Assembly (NCBI GenBank): GCA_021796435.1
Contig: JAJYXM010000016.1
Location: forward strand, 374,625-438,624
Reading direction: 5' to 3'
Source: a bacterium
GTDB taxonomy: Bacteria > Patescibacteriota > Patescibacteriia > 2-12-FULL-60-25
Length of the DNA: 64,000 nt
A model generated the notes under the pieces. That model worked only from the letters and a program-made list of their open reading frames with translations, had not been told where the DNA came from and searched no databases. Shown piece after piece: positions 57,543 to 64,000 of this stretch. A program made the translations under genes and the position numbers. Position 1 is the first letter of the stretch. Each line of letters starts with the position of its first letter.

Positions 57543-59748
57543 AGCCCCAAATTTTTTGACCTGTCCGATATATCCGGATTCACCTTCGCCTGAAAAGCAT
57601 GAGGAAGAGGTTAGGCGTGCCGAAGCCGCAAAAGAAACGCCTAAGGCCAATAGCCCTGTGCCGCAGGAGTCTTTCGCGTTGAGGCCCGTGCTTCAAACGG
57701 GTGCGTCCCAAGACAACGCAAAGCACCCAGGTCACGCATCGGATGACAGGCGGGGGTCAACCGAAGGGAAGAAGGCCGGTGGGGCGGGCCCGAAATTCGG
57801 AGTGAGAAAATTGATCTTGGCGGGAGTCCTGGCCGTCATATTGATCGTGGCTATCTTTACGGTTCCGGCTGTCGTAGCCGGCGTGCAGGCTTTGATACGT
57901 TTCAATTCCGCAAAGGTGGCTTTGAATGATGCGGCTGATAGCCTCAAGAAATTGGATGTCGGAGGTGCTGCGGATAAATTGGATGAAGCACGCAACGAAC
58001 TCACTGCGGCGCAGGACAACCTGAAGGGCGTCGGTTTTTGGCGGGATATGCCGGGTGTCGGCGTACAGATCAAAGGTTTGGAGGGCGCGACGGCAGCGGG
58101 TATCAGTACACTTGATGGGGTAGGCGATCTGTTGCAGGTGTTCCGCGTAGTGACTGATGCTTTGCAGGTCGGTGCGGAGGCCGAAGGCAGTGTGCCGCAA
58201 GTCGGTGCGACCCGGAGCTTCGGCGATCTGTCGCCGCAGGAAAAGCATGACATGCTGCAGAAGCTGAATGACGCGCTGCCTAAATTGCGTTTGGCACGGG
58301 ACAACATCGATTTGGCCATGGAACTCTGGAGCCGTGTCCCGCAGGATGAGCTTTATGCGCCGCTCAAGAGCGCACTCAAACCTTTGGCCGATAATCTGCC
58401 AGTTCTGCGCCAAGCGCTCGATCAGTCGGTGCCTTTGGCGGAAGTGTTGATCCCGCTCGCCGGTTATCCCAACCAGATGCATTATCTGTTGCTTTTGCAG
58501 AACACCGACGAGATACGTCCTACCGGTGGTTTCATCGGCAATATCGGCCTCATGACATTGGATGCCGGAGAGATGACGGATATCTCATTCGCCGATGTCT
58601 ATAAACTGGACGGTCCGGCGGAAGGAAGATGGAAGGCAGCGCCGCCCTTACCCATCAAAGAACGGTTGGGCTTGTCGACATGGTATTTCCGTGACGCCAA
58701 CTGGTCGCCTGATTTCCCCACTTCAGCCGAGACCTTGTTGGATTTCTATTCCGGTGAGCTTGCGTCGTATGGCGTCAAGGATCCGAATCCTCCGACAGCG
58801 GTCATTGCGTTGAATCCGTCCTTCTTCAAATCGTTGTTGCATCTGACGGGTGCGTTGGAGGTGGATGGGAAGATCTTCGACGAGAACAACTTCTTCGATC
58901 AGATACAGTACGAAGTGGAGCAGGGATTCTTCAAGGAGGGCGTGCCGGTTTCGGAGCGCAAAGCCATCATCTCGAAGTTGGGTGAACAGATGGTATCCAA
59001 GATAGAAGCATTGCCGGCAGCGCGTTGGGGGGATCTCTTGGATATCGCGACGAAATCCTTGGAGCGCAAACAGATCATGGCATATGCGCGTGATCCCGCC
59101 GTGCTTTCGGTCTTGGACAAGCGCGGTTGGACGGCGCGGGCCAAACCGACACAAGACGACTATCTCTGGATCGTGGATGCGAACCTGGCGGCGCTCAAGA
59201 CCGATGGTGTGATGGACAAGAACGTGAAGTATGAACTTGATGCGACCGATCCGCAGGGTCCGGTGGCGACCGTCACCCTGACATATAAGAACACGAACAA
59301 GATCATCGACTGGAGATATACGCGTTACAGAAGCTATACGCGCGTCTATGTGCCTGACGGCAGCCAGTTGATATCATCTTCCGGTGCCATGAAGGACGAC
59401 CGCTATAAGACAGGGGGTGTCGCGGTGCCGGGTCGCGTGGATGTGACGCATGAGTTGGGCAAGACCGTGTTCGGTGCGTTCTGGTCCATCGAACCGGGAC
59501 AGACGGGTACGCTCCAATACAAATACCGCCTTCCGTCGTCGGTCGCGGAGAAAGCCTCGCAAGGCGGATACATACTGGATTGGCAAAAGCAATCAGGAGC
59601 GGATAAAACGGGATTGACTCTTGACCTCAAATTCGGTAAGAACATAGTGTCTGCCGTACCGGGAGAAGACCAGGAAAAGTGGGGAGATAACCGGTATCAG
59701 TATGTGACGGATTCGTTGGTCGACAGGACGTTCGAGATAAAATTTTAG
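57532..59748 (+). CDS. DUF4012-domain membrane-anchored protein
   Basis: N-terminal TM. Conserved NTDEIRPTGGFIGNIG motif typical of DUF4012. Confidence 0.6.
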   Translation: MKHKAPNFLTCPIYPDSPSPEKHEEEVRRAEAAKETPKANSPVPQESFALRPVLQTGASQDNAKHPGHASDDRRGSTEGKKAGGAGPKFGVRKLILAGVLAVILIVAIFTVPAVVAGVQALIRFNSAKVALNDAADSLKKLDVGGAADKLDEARNELTAAQDNLKGVGFWRDMPGVGVQIKGLEGATAAGISTLDGVGDLLQVFRVVTDALQVGAEAEGSVPQVGATRSFGDLSPQEKHDMLQKLNDALPKLRLARDNIDLAMELWSRVPQDELYAPLKSALKPLADNLPVLRQALDQSVPLAEVLIPLAGYPNQMHYLLLLQNTDEIRPTGGFIGNIGLMTLDAGEMTDISFADVYKLDGPAEGRWKAAPPLPIKERLGLSTWYFRDANWSPDFPTSAETLLDFYSGELASYGVKDPNPPTAVIALNPSFFKSLLHLTGALEVDGKIFDENNFFDQIQYEVEQGFFKEGVPVSERKAIISKLGEQMVSKIEALPAARWGDLLDIATKSLERKQIMAYARDPAVLSVLDKRGWTARAKPTQDDYLWIVDANLAALKTDGVMDKNVKYELDATDPQGPVATVTLTYKNTNKIIDWRYTRYRSYTRVYVPDGSQLISSSGAMKDDRYKTGGVAVPGRVDVTHELGKTVFGAFWSIEPGQTGTLQYKYRLPSSVAEKASQGGYILDWQKQSGADKTGLTLDLKFGKNIVSAVPGEDQEKWGDNRYQYVTDSLVDRTFEIKF

Positions 59749-59798
59749 TCGTTTTCGGCGCATCATGCACGGTGAGCTGTGAGTGAGTAGCAATATTT

Positions 59799-60803
59799 AT
59801 GTTCTCAAAAAAAATTGGAATCGATCTGGGCACGACAACGGTGCTCGTTTATATCCCCAAAAAGGGGATCGTATTGAACGAACCTTCGGTGGTGGCGGTG
59901 TCTTTGGCCGATAAGCGCGTCTTGGCCGTGGGTAAGGAAGCGAAAGAGATGCTCGGCCGCACCCCTGATACGATCGTGGCACGACGTCCGCTCAAAGATG
60001 GCGTCATCGCCGACTATCGGACGACCGAGGCGATGCTGCGATATTTCATCAATAAAGCCGTGGGCGGCGTAAGGCTGTTCCGACCCGAAGTCATGGTCGC
60101 GGTCCCGGGCGGCATCACATCGACCGAACGGCGCGCCGTCATCGATGCGACGATCTCCGCGGGCGCACGGGCCGCCTACATCATCAAAGAACCGGTCGTG
60201 GCGGCCATCGGTGCGGATATCCCGATCGGTTCCGCTTCGGGCCACATGATCGTCGATATCGGCGGCGGCACTTCGGAGATCGCGGTCATCTCGCTCGGCG
60301 GAATAGTGTCCTCTTCTTCTGTACGTATCGGCGGCAACAAGATCGACTTGGCGATACAGGAGCACGTCCGCAGGAAGTATGGATTGGCGATCGGCGAACG
60401 TTCAGCGGAAGAGATCAAGATACGCATCGGTTCCGCTCTGTATCTGGAAGAGAAGATGGAGATGCAGGCCAAGGGTCGTGACATGATCACGGGTCTGCCG
60501 CGCATCATAACCGTGACGAGCGATGACGTGACAGATGCCATACAGCACGAACTGCAAGGCATCATCGAAGCCGTCAAAGATGTGTTGCATGCCACGCCTC
60601 CGGAGCTTTCAGCTGACGTGATGGAAAAGGGCATGGTGATGTCCGGAGGTACTTCGCAACTGCGCAATCTCGATCGTCTGATCTCGGAAGCCACGGGCGT
60701 GCCTGTATTCATGGCCGATACGCCGCAGCTTTGCGTGGCCAAGGGGACAGGCATCGCTTTGGAGAATCTGGAGAGCTATAAGCGATCGATTTTCAGTTCG
60801 TAA
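59799..60803 (+). CDS. mreB: Rod-shape-determining actin homolog MreB
   Basis: IGIDLGTTT, actin-fold phosphate motifs, IVDIGGGTSEIAV. Confidence 0.85.
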   Translation: MFSKKIGIDLGTTTVLVYIPKKGIVLNEPSVVAVSLADKRVLAVGKEAKEMLGRTPDTIVARRPLKDGVIADYRTTEAMLRYFINKAVGGVRLFRPEVMVAVPGGITSTERRAVIDATISAGARAAYIIKEPVVAAIGADIPIGSASGHMIVDIGGGTSEIAVISLGGIVSSSSVRIGGNKIDLAIQEHVRRKYGLAIGERSAEEIKIRIGSALYLEEKMEMQAKGRDMITGLPRIITVTSDDVTDAIQHELQGIIEAVKDVLHATPPELSADVMEKGMVMSGGTSQLRNLDRLISEATGVPVFMADTPQLCVAKGTGIALENLESYKRSIFSS

Positions 60804-60879
60804 GGATCAAGGGCGCGAAGGAGTCCCGTGCATTGACGCGCGGGCTTTTTTGGTCTACTTTCCCAGCGGAGGTAATGGT

Positions 60880-61629
60880 ATGCCTGCACCCAAGAAATCA
60901 CGCCGCAAGCTCTTCGACCCGACGTCTGACAAGCCGTACGAGCTGAGCCGCAGCAAGCTCGACCTGTTGATGCGCTGTCCAAGGTGTTTCTACCTGGACC
61001 GTCGCCTCGGCATCAAGCGTCCTTCCAGTGCGCCGTATACGCTCAATAACGTCGTCGACACGCTCCTCAAGAAGGAGTTCGACATCCATCGCGTCGACGG
61101 TTCGCGCCATCCGCTCTTTGATCAGTACGGTATCGATGCCGTACCATTCGAGCACGAGGAATTGGACACCTGGCGCGACAACTTCAAAGGCGTGCGTCAC
61201 CTTCATCCCGGCACCAACCTGATCCTCACCGGCGCCGTCGATGATCTCTGGGTTAGGCCTGTCGCCAAGAAGTTGGTGGTAGTGGACTACAAGGCGACGG
61301 GTAAGGAAGCGACGGTGACCGCTCTCGACGATAGCTCATGGCACGATGGTTACAGGCGGCAGATGGAGATCTACCAATGGCTCCTGCGCCGCAACGGGTT
61401 CGACGTCGACGACACGGGATATTTCGTCTATTGCACGGGAAAGGCTGACCGGTCGGCCTTCGACGGCAAGATCGAATTCGATATCGCGGTGATCCCTTAC
61501 GTCGGCGACGACAAGTGGGTCGAGCCGCTCGTGCGCAAGGCCAAGCGGATCCTCATGGCGGATGCGCCTCCTGCATCCGCCAAGGCCTGCGAGTACTGCA
61601 GCTATGTCTCACAGGCGTCCGGCGTCTAG
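60880..61629 (+). CDS. PD-(D/E)xK nuclease with four Fe-S-type cysteines (Cas4/RecB-nuclease-like), stand-alone
   Basis: GAVDDL (motif II), VVVDYKATG (motif III), QMEIYQW (QxxxY). N-terminal CPRC and C-terminal CEYC cysteine pairs. GGAGG RBS upstream. Confidence 0.5.
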   Translation: MPAPKKSRRKLFDPTSDKPYELSRSKLDLLMRCPRCFYLDRRLGIKRPSSAPYTLNNVVDTLLKKEFDIHRVDGSRHPLFDQYGIDAVPFEHEELDTWRDNFKGVRHLHPGTNLILTGAVDDLWVRPVAKKLVVVDYKATGKEATVTALDDSSWHDGYRRQMEIYQWLLRRNGFDVDDTGYFVYCTGKADRSAFDGKIEFDIAVIPYVGDDKWVEPLVRKAKRILMADAPPASAKACEYCSYVSQASGV

Positions 61630-61642
61630 CCGAAACGACATC

Positions 61643-61685
61643 GAGCCCCGGTCAGCACAAACTGTGCGCCGGGGCTCTTGCTTTT
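61643..61685 (+). terminator. Intrinsic terminator
   Basis: GAGCCCCGG...CCGGGGCTC 9-bp stem followed by TTGCTTTT. Confidence 0.6.
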
Positions 61686-61746
61686 AATAAGCAAACGAAC
61701 GGAGGTTGTCCGTTCGTGAGTGCGACATGAGTCGTCGCGGAGTGGG

Positions 61747-62271
61747 TCAGCTGCGCCTCGGCATCTTTAGGCCGTTCGCGTTTAAGACATCGAGGTCGAA
61801 GCAGACGGCCATGATGGCATCGCCTTGGCTTACGGGGAAGTAGTAGTCAAGGAAATTCCTGTCCTGGACGACTAACGGACTGCCCGCGTCCAAAGACTGC
61901 AGCAGATCGCGGTAAGCCTGGACGTAGAGGTGTTCATCCACCATCAAGCGGCAGAAAAAAGCTTGTGCTTCGGTCAGCGTCGATATGTCGGCCAGGGTAG
62001 TGTTGGCCGAGTAGTCGTGTGCCGCTTGGCATTTCCACCAGACGTTCACGATGGGATGACGTTCATCGCGTGTTCCGACATCAGGGTCGGTCGAGCTGCG
62101 TTCGTACAGCAGGGAGATGAGGAACGCATTCTCATCCGCATGTCCGAAATGCATCCGTAGGACGCGTTTCCCGGCGAAGTGGACGGCCAGGATATCGGCG
62201 TAGCAGAGGGTGATGGTTGGAGCTGAACGACTGACTGGGCGAAAAGTACGTTCTTGCATGGCGACGGGCAT
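61747..62271 (-). CDS. Hypothetical protein
   Basis: The ORF-track N-terminal extension runs through the repeat element. Trimmed to the internal ATG (MPVAMQERTF). Confidence 0.4.
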   Translation of the reverse strand: MPVAMQERTFRPVSRSAPTITLCYADILAVHFAGKRVLRMHFGHADENAFLISLLYERSSTDPDVGTRDERHPIVNVWWKCQAAHDYSANTTLADISTLTEAQAFFCRLMVDEHLYVQAYRDLLQSLDAGSPLVVQDRNFLDYYFPVSQGDAIMAVCFDLDVLNANGLKMPRRS

Positions 62272-62312
62272 ACAGTAGGCACGATGTAGGTTGGGGGTCA
62301 AGAGAGGGGGGT

Positions 62313-62412
62313 GACCAGATGAAAATGGTTTTTTGGGCTGCGGAACTCCCCCGCACTTCGCGAAAGGCGGGGTCAAACAGTCCTCGCCTCAAAAAACCAT
62401 TTTCATCTGGTC
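62313..62412. repeat. 100-nt palindromic element: 22-nt perfect inverted arms enclosing REP-like core copy B
   Basis: GACCAGATGAAAATGGTTTTTT at 62313-62334 and its exact reverse complement at 62391-62412. Core 62337-62378 is 40 of 42 nt identical to 22280-22321. Confidence 0.6.
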
Positions 62413-62514
62413 TTAGAAAGGAAAGAAAAAGGCTGCGGGGCGAGAGTCTCGTTCTTGAAAAATAGTTCGTTTTACGGTACAAGCGTGTTGGCTCTTTTTT
62501 TTACGGAGGTTGTG

Positions 62515-63198
62515 ATGGATGACGACGACCATGAGACCGACGATGAGGGTCGGGCAGGGAATTCCGGCTGGCCCTTCAGCTCGCTTGTCGGCGTGGCGCC
62601 GATAACTTTCCTTACGTTCGCATTGAGCGTGTGGGTGCTGAACCTGATCCGGTTCAAGTGGCAGATAGATTTGCCGGCTGATTGGCTATTGGATTGGATG
62701 CTGTTCATCTTCCTGCCATACTTGTGCATCGCTGGGGCCGCGAACAATGGGATCGTCCCACGCGTCTCTGGCCCGGCTTTCATCTGGGTGACGCGATTAA
62801 TGCTGCTGGCGAACACGTCCGCGATCCTGTCTTTTCCCGTGTTCCATGCGTGGACGTTCGGTCCGGATCATTGGGATTGCTTCAGGGACCCCGGTATATG
62901 GAAAGAACATCATCCCGAGGTCACAGGTAAAGTCAGCGGTTATCTGTGCGACCCGAATATGCGCGAATGCGTCGTCGGCGTCCTTGCGGAACCAAAGTCG
63001 GCGTATAAGGTAGAGATGGATGTGTTGCCTTGGTATGAGCCGCACTTCGCCGTCGATGAGGAAGACTGCAGGAATATGGTCGCACGACCGTTCAGCGGTG
63101 AGGCTTTGCCAGCCATCGGGCGCCGAGTCGTCATCAAGCGTGAACTCTGCACGACCCTACGCCGACTTCCGCCTGGCACTTTCCGTGTTTCGCCTTAG
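62515..63198 (+). CDS. Hypothetical integral membrane protein with an acidic N-terminus
   Basis: GGAGG RBS 4 nt upstream. Three to four TM helices. Confidence 0.45.
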   Translation: MDDDDHETDDEGRAGNSGWPFSSLVGVAPITFLTFALSVWVLNLIRFKWQIDLPADWLLDWMLFIFLPYLCIAGAANNGIVPRVSGPAFIWVTRLMLLANTSAILSFPVFHAWTFGPDHWDCFRDPGIWKEHHPEVTGKVSGYLCDPNMRECVVGVLAEPKSAYKVEMDVLPWYEPHFAVDEEDCRNMVARPFSGEALPAIGRRVVIKRELCTTLRRLPPGTFRVSP

Positions 63199-63277
63199 TT
63201 GTAGCACGGTGTATCGCCGTTCCGGATCCTTTCGGGGCGGCGTTTTCTTTATCATGCTATAATCGCCTTGATTATGT

Positions 63278-63379
63278 CCCGTTAGAAGTCCGACGGGACG
63301 CATAAGCATGCCTCAGTCGAAGAGGACTTAAGTCTGGAGTGATTGTCTGTCGAGATTTTAACTTAATACTTCTAACGGG
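63278..63379 (+). promoter_or_regulatory. 5' UTR element with mutually exclusive helices upstream of the GT4 gene
   Basis: CCCGTTAGAAGT at 63278-63289 can pair with the local ACGGG at 63293-63297, or with the distal perfect complement ACTTCTAACGGG at 63368-63379, which ends 2 nt before the start codon. A TATAAT box sits at about 63257. Confidence 0.35.
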
Positions 63380-63381
63380 AT

Positions 63382-64000
63382 ATGATGATCGGAATAGAGG
63401 CGACGCGCGCCAACAAACCCGGCAAAACCGGGGTAGAATGGTACGCTTGGCATATAATCCAAGAGCTCAAGACCCTGACCGCCGGCGACGGGAATTCATG
63501 GATCCTTTATTCGAATAAGCCGTTGACCGGGGGGTTGGAGAAGTTACCGGAAAATTGGTATGAAGTGCGGCTAAAATGGCCGCTGCCTTACGGTTGGACG
63601 CAGATCCCTTTTTCATACGAGCTCCATCGGCACAAGATAGATGTCTTGTGGATGCCGGGGAGCACATTGCCGAGGATTTTTCCGGCCAAGACGGTCGTGA
63701 CCGTCCATGACATCGGCTTCCATCGCTTGCCTCATCTGTACAAAAAACGTCAGGTCCATATCCACGAACGGGCGATGAAGGAGATCGCGAAAAAGGCGGC
63801 GCGAGTGATCAGCGTCTCGGAATTTTCCGGACGCGAGATCTCCGAAGCCTATGGGATTAACTCGAATAAAATCGCCATCGCCTATAACGGCATAGATCAT
63901 GGGACGTATAAACAGATCAAAGATGGGGATGCGGTGGAAGAGAGATTATGGCGCTATCGCGTCAACCAACCGTTCTTTTTGGCCATCGGCAGACAGGAGG
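63382..64000 (+). CDS. GT4-family glycosyltransferase, 5' portion (runs off the window)
   Basis: GIE..R..KP.GTGVEWY N-terminal GT-B domain typical of GT4 mannosyl/glucosyltransferases. No stop before the window end. Confidence 0.55.
   Translation, partial: MMIGIEATRANKPGKTGVEWYAWHIIQELKTLTAGDGNSWILYSNKPLTGGLEKLPENWYEVRLKWPLPYGWTQIPFSYELHRHKIDVLWMPGSTLPRIFPAKTVVTVHDIGFHRLPHLYKKRQVHIHERAMKEIAKKAARVISVSEFSGREISEAYGINSNKIAIAYNGIDHGTYKQIKDGDAVEERLWRYRVNQPFFLAIGRQE

Noticed and set aside
62272-62376. An N-terminal extension of the minus-strand ORF 61747..62376.
   Set aside because: The extension is translated from the REP-like palindromic repeat. Trimmed to the internal ATG at 62271.

Overview
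This 64-kb window reads as a bacterial chromosomal segment of roughly 55-60% GC. It is densely packed with genes, mostly housekeeping, and has many small membrane or secreted proteins of unknown function. The gene content is consistent with a small-genome, CPR/Patescibacteria-like organism: archaeal-type UMP kinase, short TsaB, short MetRS, DUF4012, GerMN. That assignment is an inference, not something I could test.

Recognisable genes:
- tRNA-Asp(GTC), flanked by a diverged 5' partial copy and a 19-nt 3'-end repeat 200 bp downstream.
- gmhB, cfa, a VanW-family gene, metG with a coupled RNHCP zinc-ribbon gene, and two tandem, overlapping gpmI (iPGM) paralogs.
- mutM, nth, a PAP2 phosphatase, mltG, an SDR reductase, a UvrD-like helicase and a cyclophilin lipoprotein.
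- xseA and xseB, split by an inserted AT-rich nucleotidyltransferase-fold gene.
- Archaeal-type pyrH, and rplJ-rplL without the usual rplKA/rpoBC neighbours.
- A short tsaB, an envelope glycan cluster (three GT2, DUF4012, mreB, GT4) and a Cas4-like PD-(D/E)xK nuclease.

Most unusual observations:
1. A 1.7-kb AT-rich (about 30-35% GC) islet encodes a signal-less trypsin-like serine protease and a small single-pass membrane protein. This is the strongest candidate for an acquired, uncharacterised two-gene module.
2. A winged-HTH fused to a PEP-utilising (phospho-His swivel) domain, with a paralogous HTH elsewhere in the window.
3. A truncated, active-site-diverged MetK-like protein next to a membrane SAM-methyltransferase.
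4. A GC-rich, REP-like nested-palindrome repeat present twice, once inside a 100-nt perfect-armed palindrome.
5. A mutually exclusive helix arrangement in the 5' UTR of the GT4 gene.

No CRISPR array, rRNA, transposase or integrase is visible in the window.
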